Below are positions 46,752 to 56,869 of a stretch of DNA of 64,000 nt, in pieces (positions within the stretch are counted from its first letter, which is position 1; each line of letters opens with the position of its first letter). Position numbers and translations under genes: made by a program. The DNA is from Myxococcales bacterium (lineage in GTDB: Bacteria > Myxococcota_A > UBA9042). The DNA lies in contig JBBISH010000009.1 in the NCBI GenBank assembly GCA_037441385.1, positions 1 through 64,000 of the forward strand, given 5' to 3'. The notes beneath the pieces were generated by a model. The model searched no databases and had not been told where the DNA came from. It saw only the letters and a program-made list of their open reading frames with translations.

Positions 46752-46877
46752 GGGCGCTCCCCGGCTGCGCCGGGTCGGGCCCTAGTCCTGCGCCGCTGGT
46801 GCGGCTGCGGACCCGCTGGCCGGCCGGCGCTGCGCCCGTCCGCCCAGCGGCCCATCCGGGTTACGGTCCCTAGCGCG
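46752..46877. repeat. Multi-hairpin GC-rich intergenic element
   Basis: Stems CCCGGC/GCCGGG, GTCC..GCCGC/GCGGC..GGAC and CCGCTGG/CCAGCGG; CCCTAG repeated at 46780 and 46868. Confidence 0.5.
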
Positions 46878-46889
46878 GCGCCCGCGTGC

Positions 46890-48428
46890 CTATTTGCACG
46901 CGCCGGCCTGGCAGTGCCCGCCCGCGGCCGAGCAGGTGATGCCGTCGGGCAGGGGGACGTGGAAGCAGCCGTTGTGGCCGGCGTCGCACAGATCGCTGGT
47001 GCAGGGGTCCTGGTCGCTGCAGTCGGCGTAGGTCTTTTGCCAGCAGGGGCCGGAGGTTTCGCAGGTTGGGTTGTACCACCAGTCGGTGAGGATGAGCCCG
47101 GTCGGCCCGACTACCCCCTTCGAGGTAATCCCGTTGAAGGCTCGCAGCATTCCGCGGTCAATTGGCCTAGCTGGTGTGCTGAACGAGAACTCGTCAACTG
47201 GATAGGCCTTGTGGATCAGTCCGATCGGTTGCCCGTCTGCGCCAACGATCAGCACGTCAATCATTTCGACAACACCGGACATGAACTCCGTGAAGTGGAC
47301 GCTGCCGCCCGGCCCTGACACCACGTCCAGTGCTTGAAAGTCGGGGATCGGATTCCAGGTCAGGAGCTTGCCCGAAGTCGTCGCGAGGCCCCAGTGCTGG
47401 CCCTTCCAGTACACACTTTCTTGGTGTAGCAAGACCACGCGCCCGTTCACGTACCGCATTGTTGGAGTGCAGCAGTCGGGATAGGTGGCCGGACAGTCGC
47501 TGCAGACCGGGCTCGGCTGCCATTGCGAAAGCGTTGTGCCATCGGCCGCGACTTCCCACGCGACGCCACCACCAAGGACCAACCAACCTCCGCCCTTGCG
47601 CGGAAACAGACTGGCACTGTTGGCGATCGCCGGACCTGGCCACTCCTGGGGCCCCGCAGGTCGGACCACAGTCCACGTCGCGCCTGAAGCAAGGTCCACG
47701 CCGTAGAGCCGAAGCCTGGGAGTGTCGGGCGGCTTGCTACTTGGCGCTGGATTGGGGGCCTGCCGGGTGGCAAAGACAAGCGTTCCACTGCCAAAGGCAA
47801 ATTGGTCTGCGGCGCACTTGCCAGCTTGGCACTCTGGCCAGCCCGGGTAGAGGACAGCGCCCAGATTCACTCCGGCGGCATTGAATACGCTAACGGCCTT
47901 GTTTTGAAGCGACGGCAGGGTGAACGTGGTTTGATCGCCGCCAAGCCCGTCACGCGAACCTGCGGTTTCGATGGCAGCGTAACGATTGATTACAATCCGG
48001 GTGCTCGCACCCGCGGCTTGCCCAGACGCGCTGGTGGGGTCCAGTGCGGCCGAGGCGCCGACCAGGAACCAAAGCGTTCGTCCGTCAAGGTCGTCATAGG
48101 CCAGGGCGCCCGCCACTGCGGAGGTCGTCCAACTCGGCAACCCAAGGTTGAGCGCACCCAGTTGGCACGCAACGGCACCCGTTCCGTCACCGGTACCGTC
48201 AGAAGTTCCTGGCACGGCGTCGATTTCCGTGGCACTCCCGCAGTTGGGGCACATGCCATCGGCAGCGCTCGGGACGCAAGGAGAGTCGGCAATGCCGCCG
48301 CCCTGGCCCAGGTCCGCAAGTTGGTCGCCGGCCGTGTCGGCACCGGTAGCCGGCGGTGTTGCGCATGCAGATTGGGCCACAAGCAGGGCAACAACGGCCC
48401 AAAGTAGCCGTTGTCGCCTCACCAGCAT
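46890..48428 (-). CDS. Hypothetical exported/lipoprotein with a single C-terminal CxDxDPCTxDxC repeat
   Basis: Hydrophobic N-terminus followed by SAC; 512 aa; codon usage less GC3-biased than the flanks. Confidence 0.72.
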   Translation of the reverse strand: MLVRRQRLLWAVVALLVAQSACATPPATGADTAGDQLADLGQGGGIADSPCVPSAADGMCPNCGSATEIDAVPGTSDGTGDGTGAVACQLGALNLGLPSWTTSAVAGALAYDDLDGRTLWFLVGASAALDPTSASGQAAGASTRIVINRYAAIETAGSRDGLGGDQTTFTLPSLQNKAVSVFNAAGVNLGAVLYPGWPECQAGKCAADQFAFGSGTLVFATRQAPNPAPSSKPPDTPRLRLYGVDLASGATWTVVRPAGPQEWPGPAIANSASLFPRKGGGWLVLGGGVAWEVAADGTTLSQWQPSPVCSDCPATYPDCCTPTMRYVNGRVVLLHQESVYWKGQHWGLATTSGKLLTWNPIPDFQALDVVSGPGGSVHFTEFMSGVVEMIDVLIVGADGQPIGLIHKAYPVDEFSFSTPARPIDRGMLRAFNGITSKGVVGPTGLILTDWWYNPTCETSGPCWQKTYADCSDQDPCTSDLCDAGHNGCFHVPLPDGITCSAAGGHCQAGACK

Positions 48429-51116
48429 TGTGTCCCCGGGAAGTAGCCAGCGTACACCTTGGCCCAAGCTGCCGGCAGTGTTGGATAACCCGGATACTGT
48501 CCCGCACAGGAGGGATCAAGTCGGCTCATGAAGGACCCGCATTTTTTCATGCACATACCGCCGGATGGGGCACCTACGGGCATAGGCTGCATGTAGAGGT
48601 CGTAGGCGCTTTGCGAAGTCGGGAGGATACTGTGCAAATGATTCATGAAGGACTTCTGCTTCACCGGGAATAGTTGGAGCGCGTCGTTGAAGCTGTCGTC
48701 GTCAGTAACCAGCGGTAGTTTCGGACTTGGGTAGTCCCCGTATGCGACTAGCGAATCACGAACCGCTTGCCAATCGGCGTCGGCCCACGGCTCGGCCAAT
48801 TTGGGGTTGTACGGATTTGCGCCTGGCCGGCCAACATACAGCTTGGCCGTGAACGCTGTAACCTTTGAGTACTCAATCTTCTGCGAAGATTTATTCCAAG
48901 AAACGTCGCGATTGAGGCGCGAAAACAGGAAATAACAGAAGGCAATGAGCGCAGACTCGTTCTTTGTGAACGTGCCGCCCTTGAGCTTGCGAATTTGCTC
49001 CAGGGGAATTGCAGTGAGCACACATGGGCACAACTGGAGCAGTTGATTCAAGGCCTGAACACATGGGCCATCTGGAAACAGAGCAGCCACATCGTCTTGC
49101 GAGTTGTTGGCGAAGCTATAGCTCGCGTAATACGGCAAAAGGCACTGAAAGTAGTAAGGTGTTCCGAACTGCGGGCAGTCGTAGTTAGCACCACATGGGG
49201 CTTGCGGGTCCCAGCAGCCTGGAATTTGGTTCTTGGAATTCTTTGGGTCCGTCCACTGGCCACATAGCGAGGGTGTCTTGTTCAAATCACTGTCGCCCTT
49301 GACGATCCACTCCTCTGAGCACCGAAAGACCGTGTCATATTCCCCGCCCGCCTCGGGATTCCAGTACACACCCCAGTGGTAGACGTAGCCGTCACGGACA
49401 AACTGCGCTAGAGTCATCACGGTATTGAAATCCGCCAACGTAGCAGCCGTACAAACCCCGTTCCGGCAACACAACCCGCTCGCGCAACCGCAGGCGGCGT
49501 TGCACGGGCTCCCCTGCGTACCAGCCGGACACACGCACGCCCCCTGGACACACGATTTGGGCGCGTTGCAGCCGGGGCAAACACCGCCCGCCCCGTCGGA
49601 TGCGCAGGGGGCCTTCTCGGCGCAATCCGGCACAGGGGGGGGGCGGAGGCACACAATTTCCCTGCCCATCGCACGAGAAGGTCGCCGGGCACTGCCCGCA
49701 CTGCCCGCCACAGCCGTCGGGTCCGCAGGCCTTGCCGGCGCACTGCGGCACACAAGGCGGCACGCACTGGCCGTTCACACACGTCGACCCTTGCGGGCAG
49801 GTACAGGTTCCCCCACATCCATCGGGCCCGCCGCAGCCATTTGGCGGGCACTGCGGCGTACAGGAGCAACTGCCATTCATACATGTGCCGTACTTGCACT
49901 GCCCACACTGCCCACCACACCCATCTGGCCCGCATTGCTTCGGACCGCCCGTTGCGGGATCCGTGCATTTCGGCACGCATGCGCACCCTCCGGCCGTTGT
50001 CGGTGCCGTTCCACGCGGACAGGTGCACAGGCCGCGCTGACAGGCCTTTGGCGGTGGACAGGTACCGCAGGAATTTCCGCAACCATCCGGACCGCATTCT
50101 CTACCACGACAATCCGGCGCCTTGGGGACGCATTTGGCCTTGCCGTTTGCCGTTGCGATGCACTGGTCATATGGTCTGCAACTGTTCTCAGCGCAAGGAT
50201 TTTGCCAGTATGGCGGGCGTCCAGACGGCGTGATGATCGACGAAATTCGGGACCAGTCCAGGTCCAGTCCATAGGGGGGCATCGGAATGGGCCCTTCCAG
50301 TCCCGGCAGGTCCAAGCCGGCCGGCACGGCAAAGAAGTTCGACGCCTGAACTGCTTCGCCCAGGTGCACCCCAGTGCCCGACGGAGAGGGCCCGCCGGAC
50401 TCTACAAACTGCATAGCACCTGCGCCGGTTTGGTACGTACCCGATGGCCTGCGAACCCCAAGATCACGCAAAACGCCGACCACCGCGCCTTGCCGCAATT
50501 CCCGGACCGCTTGCAGGTCCCCCAGAAGCGCGACCTTCGCCGCCTGTTCCCAAATCCCTCCCCAGGTGCCACGGGCATCCAAGCGCCGTCCCTCGTCTGC
50601 CAACCCCCGCGCCGTCAACGCGTGCTTCGTGACGCAAGACGGGCAGCGCCGATCGGGATCAGCCAAGTGCCCTTCAAGTAACAGTAATTCCTGCGCAAGC
50701 AGCACCAAGTTGTGGCGGGGATCGTCGATTGGCCACGGATTGGTTGTTCTGGGAGCATGGTCATGAGGTTGGACAGGTCCGTTTGCGGCCAGCGTCTGGC
50801 CGGCGTTTGGCCTGTTGGAGCGCGTCTCTGTCCCTCGGTGCTCCGATTCTGGTACGCCGACAACGTGTTGGGCTGCTCCCTTGCCACACCCGCAGCCCCC
50901 CGCCCCTTCGCGCTTGCTCTGGCAGTTCCCTCCGCACTTCCCACCACACTTTCCGCCACACGCACACGGCCTTGGCACCGAACTCGCCGGCTCCGTTTGC
51001 CACCAGCCCACCTGCGGACCCATTGCGCCGAGTTGGCCGGTGTCCTTGGCCGGCTGGTCACTGCCAGCGCCAAAGATGCTGCCGATCTGGTCGGGTCGAA
51101 ACCGATGCACGTCCAC
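48419..51116 (-). pseudogene. Large Cys-rich protein split by a one-base frameshift at a G9 tract (phase-variable gene, pseudogene or assembly error)
   Basis: AGGAGG RBS before GTG 51116. The CVPxCxGKxCGxDGCGG repeat pattern continues in the other frame directly after 49635-49643; G8 would give one ORF of about 900 aa. Confidence 0.75.
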
Positions 51117-51142
51117 TGCAGCCTCCTAGACCTAGTTTGCCC

Positions 51143-51193
51143 GCTTGCCGCGCCCGCGCAAGCCCTAATTGCGGGGCGTCAATTACCCGCAAT
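51143..51193. other. Two intergenic hairpins
   Basis: GCTTGC/GCAAGC (51143-51163) and ATTGCGGG/CCCGCAAT (51168-51193). Confidence 0.45.
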
Positions 51194-51202
51194 CCGCAAG
51201 TA

Positions 51203-53099
51203 CTACACCTTCGCTGCCACCAGTACGTTCAGCAAGTCTTCAAACGGATTCACCATGCTGGCCGTCCGCTCGACCCGCGATAGATCGACCGGCCCGATCA
51301 CCACGTCGGCTGCACAGTGCGCCGTGGGCGTGCTCGGCTCGTGGATCCGTACGGCGCCGCCTTCGGGCAACGACGCGAATTTGAGGCTCCGGTCCAGGTC
51401 CACGGCCGACGAGTCCGTTACCGTGGTGATCGTTCCCCAAGCCCGCTGGGTCTCCATGGTGTCGTTGACGTCGTTGAAGGCTGCCACCGCCTGCCCAGGC
51501 GAGCCAAAGATCGCCATCGGATTGACCACGTCGGCGATCGGCAAGTCCGAGTAGCAGGCAATCAAGCGGGTGGTCGCCGTCGCATAGCGACCGGTCGGCT
51601 CGATCACCACGCCACCCCTTGGCCCTTTGCGCTTCGCCTGGATGACCGCCGGGATTGTCCTGCGCGATCGCCGGTTCAGGCCTGACCCGCGCGATCTCGC
51701 CGGTGTGCGCGCGAAGGCGGAGCAAATCTTGGCCGTCGCGAATCAGCAAGTCGCCCAACTGCTTGTTTTGCCCAAGGACCTGGCGCGCTTCGGCGTCGCT
51801 CGCCACCACTCGCCGCAGCCCAGCCGCATAGCGCACCAGGTTGGGCAGGTCGGGAGTCGGTGCCGGCTGCAACAGCCCCAGCGTCGTCTGCGCGGCCAGC
51901 AAGTATTGCCGGGGCGGCACCGTGCCATCGCCGGTGCGGTTGGTATCGACCACCCACACCGTTTGCGTCGCTTCCGCCTGGTTCCACACAAACATCGACG
52001 CCGGGTAGCGCGGCAGCGCGCTCACATCGTGCCCCAATGACTCACCCAGCCGGCGCACCATTTCGCACGCGCCCGTCGCATACACGTACAGCCAGCGTAG
52101 GGCAGCGTCGTCGCGGTCCAGGTCGCGCGGCGCCAACGTCTGCTGATACGCCGCCGCAGTCTGACCGGAAACCACAGCGTTGCGCTGGGCTTGCACGGCC
52201 ATGGCCTTGCTCCAGTTGGCGGTACTCCGTGCCGGCAGGATCGTGGGCAACCGGTTGGGCGGACTGGCCAATTGGTCGGAGGCAAAGAGTCCGGTCCGTA
52301 TCACCTCGCGCGTCGCGAAGTTCAAGATCGCGCCCAGCGCCGCGATCAGCTGGGGCGTGCGGAGAGGCGGCAGGCCGCGAGCGGCATCGTTGCCAAACGC
52401 CTCGCGAAGGTTCTCGACCAGGGGCGCTAGACCCGCCGCTACACCCAGGTAGAGCAAGCTTTGCTCGAAGACACCGTAGACGCCTTCAGGCGCCTGTGCC
52501 AGTTCCGGAGGCGGTACGGCCAGGGCACGGTGTACGAAGTGACGCTGGAGCGAGCGGGCAAAGCGCACCGCGCTCGAGCCAGTCAGTCGCGATCGCGTGT
52601 CGTCGAGCGAGGTTTCGAACACCCACGGGCGCCCGGCACGGGTTAGCGGCAGAATCGCTGAGACGCCTTGTGCCTGGCCAACGCGTAGCAGCAAGAACGG
52701 TTCGCTGAGCAGCACTGGAGTCGCTGGTGGCTCGACCGTCATGGCCGTCGCGTAGGCGTCGAGAGCAATGCCAACCCAGACCGTACGCTGGTACGTTTCG
52801 GTATGGGCGGGGTACACGTAACCTGCCGCCGTACTCGTAGGAAAATGGAGGACCATCGTCAGCGTGTGGACGGCAGGGCATCGAAACGTAATGGAAATTT
52901 CGGGAGTAAGGTCGGCAACCGTAAGGGCAAAGGCTTGACCATCGCTGCAGGTGATTTCCGCCGTCTGCCACTTCTGGCTGGCGACTGGATTCGCGTACGG
53001 GCGGCCGGTGATCGCCTGGATGTCAAACGCTTGGGCAGTCAGGGCGTTAGCGATGAGGGCCTCGTTCTCCGGAAATCCAGATGCGGTGCGGAATGGCAT
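51203..53099 (-). pseudogene. Hypothetical protein, probably frameshifted near 51610-51740
   Basis: AGGAG RBS before ATG 53099. The first frame degrades into Arg/Gly-rich off-frame sequence, while the overlapping frame ending at 51203 reads protein-like. Confidence 0.55.
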
Positions 53100-53602
53100 G
53101 ACGGAACTCCTATTGCTGGTAGCTTGGCCTGACGACTGAATGCGCTGAACAAGGCGCCAAGATCCAAGGGACGGCTGACCACGTAGCGGTTTCAACACAT
53201 GGCACATGCGCCTACCTGGCGCACGAGAGATTGCCGGGCAAGAGCCTTCCTCGAAAGGACGGACGAATCCGCTGGATCGAGCCGCACAGAACCTTCGGCA
53301 ACGTTGGTACTTGTTAAGGTACCCCCCCCCCCAGCACCACAAATCAACATATTCCTTCACAGGTCTGTCATGCCTTTGTCACGCCCTGACCACTATCGCC
53401 GTCCCTGCACCAGCCGGGGCGTGGCCCGATCGCCGACTCCATTGGGGCGGCCTCACCAAGCCACCTTGACGCCCCGCAGCCACCTCCTTACTTGCCCATG
53501 GCGACCGGCGTCTTCCGCGTAATCCCCTGTCCCGCAGCGGCGTTGCAGGGGCCGCCTCGCCCATTTTTGACCAGCCTGGGGCCCTGCCCCACGGAGCCCG
53601 CC

Positions 53603-54997
53603 ATGTCCGAGCTCGGCCACCGCCTCATCGACCAGGGCATCATCACGAGCGACCAGCTGGAGACCGCGCTGCGCCGGCAACGCACCGCGGGCGGCCGCCT
53701 GGGGCAAAACCTGAAGGCGCTGGGCTTCATCCGCGACGAGGACGTGGACCGCGTGTTCCACCGCGCGCCGCCACTGCCGCACAGCTTGGCTGACCTGGGC
53801 CTGGACTCGGGCCTCGTCCAGGCGATGCTGCTCAAGCACATGCTGTTCATGAACGATTTCCGGCTGAACGACCTCGTCGACCGGGTCAAGCTGCCCGGCT
53901 CGCTCATCGAGCAAATGATCGCCGCCTTCAAGCGCGACCGCCTGGTCGAGGTCAAGGCCGGTGGCGCACTGGCGGCCCTGGCCTACACCTACCAGCTCAC
54001 CGACATGGGACGCGAAAAAGCCACGCGCCTGGCCGAGTTGTGTCGCTACGTCGGGCCGATGCCGGTGCCACTGGATGCCTACGCCGAGCAGGTGGAGGTG
54101 CAGACCGTGCGCAGCATCGCCGTGACTGAGGCCGACGTGACCCGCGCCCTGGCGCACCTGGTGCTGTCGTCGCACACCGCCCAGCGCCTGGGGCCGGCAC
54201 TGACCTCGGGCCAGGCGATTTTCCTGTACGGCCCTCCCGGCAACGGCAAGACGTCCATCGCCGAGGCCATCAGTCATTTGCTCAGCGATCACATCTACAT
54301 TCCGTATGCCATCGCGGTCGGCGAGCAGATCATCCGACTGTACGACCCCATCAACCACGTCCTGGCTGAGCAACCGGGCGACGACCACGACCCGCGCTGG
54401 GTCAAGGTGCAGCGGCCCGTGGTGATGGCGGGCGGCGAATTGACCATGCAGATGCTGGATTTGCAGTTCAACGCCCAGTCGATGTTCTACGAGGCGTCGC
54501 TGCAGCTCAAGGCCAACAACGGCCTGCTCATCATCGACGATTTTGGCCGCCAGTTGGTGGAGCCGCACCTGATCCTCAACCGCTGGATCGTGCCACTGGA
54601 CCGGCGCATCGATTTTCTAACCCTGCACACTGGCATGAAGTTCGCGGTGCCCTTTGACATGGTGATGGTGTTCGCCACCAACCTGGACCCCAAGCAGCTG
54701 GTCGACGAGGCCTTCCTGCGGCGGATTCGCTACAAGATCCAGGTGGCCCAGCCCACGCCGGCCGAGTTCCAGCGCATCTTTGCCGCCGTGTGCGCCAAGC
54801 GCGACATCCCCTTTGATCCTGGCGCGTTCAGCTGGCTGCTGCGCGAGTTCTACGGCCGCCAGGGCCGCGCCTTCAGCGCCTCGCACCCCCGCGACCTCGT
54901 CGACCACCTGGTGTCGTACGCGCGCTACTACGACCAACCGCCGCGGATGACGCCGGAGACGCTGGAGTTCGCCTGCCAGAACTTCTTCGTGCTCTGA
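53603..54997 (+). CDS. AAA-type ATPase with an N-terminal MshEN-like domain
   Basis: GGAG RBS; LGHRLIDQGIITSDQLETALRRQ...RLGQNLKALGFI; GPPGNGKT; LIIDDFGRQ; DEAFLRRI. Confidence 0.87.
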   Translation: MSELGHRLIDQGIITSDQLETALRRQRTAGGRLGQNLKALGFIRDEDVDRVFHRAPPLPHSLADLGLDSGLVQAMLLKHMLFMNDFRLNDLVDRVKLPGSLIEQMIAAFKRDRLVEVKAGGALAALAYTYQLTDMGREKATRLAELCRYVGPMPVPLDAYAEQVEVQTVRSIAVTEADVTRALAHLVLSSHTAQRLGPALTSGQAIFLYGPPGNGKTSIAEAISHLLSDHIYIPYAIAVGEQIIRLYDPINHVLAEQPGDDHDPRWVKVQRPVVMAGGELTMQMLDLQFNAQSMFYEASLQLKANNGLLIIDDFGRQLVEPHLILNRWIVPLDRRIDFLTLHTGMKFAVPFDMVMVFATNLDPKQLVDEAFLRRIRYKIQVAQPTPAEFQRIFAAVCAKRDIPFDPGAFSWLLREFYGRQGRAFSASHPRDLVDHLVSYARYYDQPPRMTPETLEFACQNFFVL

Positions 54998-55024
54998 GCT
55001 AGAAGGGGCGCCTGGCAATTTTCG

Positions 55025-55078
55025 CCCCTCGCCCAAAGCGTTGGGAGAAGGGCAGACGCGTAGCGTCGGGGTGAGGGC
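55025..55078. repeat. REP-like element, same family as 135-243
   Basis: CCCCTCGCCCAAAGCGTTGGGAGAAGGG...GGGGTGAGGG, between convergent genes. Confidence 0.65.
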
Positions 55079-55132
55079 CAACCTTGGCGATTGCGTTACA
55101 TACTAAATTTACGCGCGCTTTGTCGGCGCCCG

Positions 55133-55942
55133 CTAGCCCTGCACCTTGCCGCGCAAGAACACGAACCAGTAGATGCCGCCGACCATCAGCGCGCCACCGG
55201 CGATGTTGCCCAAGGTCACCGGCAACAAGTTGCTGATCATCAAATTGCCTATTGTCAAGTTTTCTGCTGATCCGCCCTGGAGCATGGCAACCGGCACAAA
55301 AAACATATTCGCTACCGAGTGTTCAAAGCCGCACGTGACGAAGGCGCTGACCGGCAGCAGCACCGCCAAGACCTTGTCGGTCACCGTGCGCGCGGCAAAA
55401 CACAGCCACACCGCCAGGCACACCAGGGCGTTGCACAGCACGCCGCGCACCAGGGCTTCGGTAAAGCTCTCGCTCACTTTCGCGACCGCGATGGTGGTGA
55501 GGGTCTGCCCCACTGCCCCGCCGCTCAGCTTGCCGATGCCCGACAGCGCGATCGCCCACGCCACGGCTAGGGATCCCGCAAAATTGCCCACATAGACCAG
55601 CAGCCAATTGCGCAGTAGCTGGACCGTGGTCACCTTGCGGCTGGCCCAAGCCATGGTCAGCAGGTTGTTGCCGGTGAACAGCTCGGCGCCGGCGATGACC
55701 ACCAGCACCAGGCCCAGGCAGAAGCCCAGCGCGCCAAACAGGCGGGTGATGCCAAAACCCAAAGTGCTGCCAGTGGTAATGACGGCAAAGAAGGTGGCGC
55801 CAAAGGCGATGAACGCGCCGGCCATGACCGCGAGCGCCAGCGTGTTGGTCGCGCTCATGCGGGCTTTCTTGACCCCGATATCCTCGACCCGCTGGGCAAT
55901 TTCCGCCGGCGAGTAGGCATCGATGGCAAGGACGTCGGCCAT
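55133..55942 (-). CDS. Formate/nitrite transporter (FNT) family channel
   Basis: AGAFIAFG, GAELFTGN, LCNALVCLAVW, GFEHSVANM and VTLGNIAGG. Confidence 0.94.
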   Translation of the reverse strand: MADVLAIDAYSPAEIAQRVEDIGVKKARMSATNTLALAVMAGAFIAFGATFFAVITTGSTLGFGITRLFGALGFCLGLVLVVIAGAELFTGNNLLTMAWASRKVTTVQLLRNWLLVYVGNFAGSLAVAWAIALSGIGKLSGGAVGQTLTTIAVAKVSESFTEALVRGVLCNALVCLAVWLCFAARTVTDKVLAVLLPVSAFVTCGFEHSVANMFFVPVAMLQGGSAENLTIGNLMISNLLPVTLGNIAGGALMVGGIYWFVFLRGKVQG

Positions 55943-55963
55943 GTTCCCCCACGGCCTGGGGGT

Positions 55964-56833
55964 CTAGCGCGACTGCGACTCCAACCAGGCCTTGGTAAAG
56001 AGGTTAGCCGGGAGCGAGCGCAAGTCCATTTCTTTCATCAGAATCGTGGTGGCGTTGCCCTTCTCGACCTCGTCAAAGATGCGAATTTCCTTGGGCGTCC
56101 ACACGTCGGCCTTCTTCGACTCGCTGTAGCGCTTGGCCCACTTGGGCGTGTAGCTGGTGCGCATCAACTTGCCTGATGCCGCATACTCTTGCCGCTTCAA
56201 GGTGTTGCCAGACGACGACGACAGCCACAAGACCTGCTTGGGGTACGCCACGTCCACGCCCTTCTTGGCGGTCAGGGTCACCTTGTGTGCCTGGAATTTG
56301 CCCAGCTTTTCCACGCCTCCGTAGACGGCGTCGTACTCTTCGCTCAGGCGGCTCTCGTCAAAGTCGGCGCGGCGGCTGTCGGTCCCGCCGATCTTCTCGC
56401 GCTCGGTGCGCCGCTCCCACTTGCCCACGCCGGGGTCGTACATCCACAGATTCTTGTCGATGCGCAGGTAGCCCTTGCCCTTTTCGGCCTTGGGATTGGT
56501 GAACAAGATCATCAGCTTGTCGTCGGTGTCGCGGCGGTACACCACCGCCTCCAGCACCACGTCGTTCTTGTTCTTCTCTTTGCGCTCGATGTAGACCTGG
56601 GTCTTGTAGTCGCCCGAGTTGCGCTGGCGGTCGTCCAGGGCCTTGATGGCGGCCTTCAGCTCCTCGGGCGTCCACGGCTTGACCGTGTCGTCACTGGGCT
56701 TTTCGTCTTCGACCACCTTCTCTTGCGCCACCGCCGTCTCTGGCCGGAACACCGCCTCAAAGGTCAGCAGCCCCACTGCAACCGTGGTCACGCCCGCGCC
56801 CAGCAGCTTGCGAATCCGATTCATCACCGTCAT
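55964..56833 (-). CDS. Outer-membrane lipoprotein-sorting (LolA-like) protein
   Basis: Signal peptide, PKAEKGKGYL...LWMYDP and C-terminal FTKAWLE; follows FtsX-like permeases. Confidence 0.82.
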   Translation of the reverse strand: MTVMNRIRKLLGAGVTTVAVGLLTFEAVFRPETAVAQEKVVEDEKPSDDTVKPWTPEELKAAIKALDDRQRNSGDYKTQVYIERKEKNKNDVVLEAVVYRRDTDDKLMILFTNPKAEKGKGYLRIDKNLWMYDPGVGKWERRTEREKIGGTDSRRADFDESRLSEEYDAVYGGVEKLGKFQAHKVTLTAKKGVDVAYPKQVLWLSSSSGNTLKRQEYAASGKLMRTSYTPKWAKRYSESKKADVWTPKEIRIFDEVEKGNATTILMKEMDLRSLPANLFTKAWLESQSR

Positions 56834-56869
56834 GTTGCCCCTTTGATTCCCAGGTCTTGCCTTATGCAG

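Noticed and set aside
46705..53400. Prophage or ICE call for the island
   Set aside because: No recognisable integrase, capsid, terminase, att repeat or tRNA.
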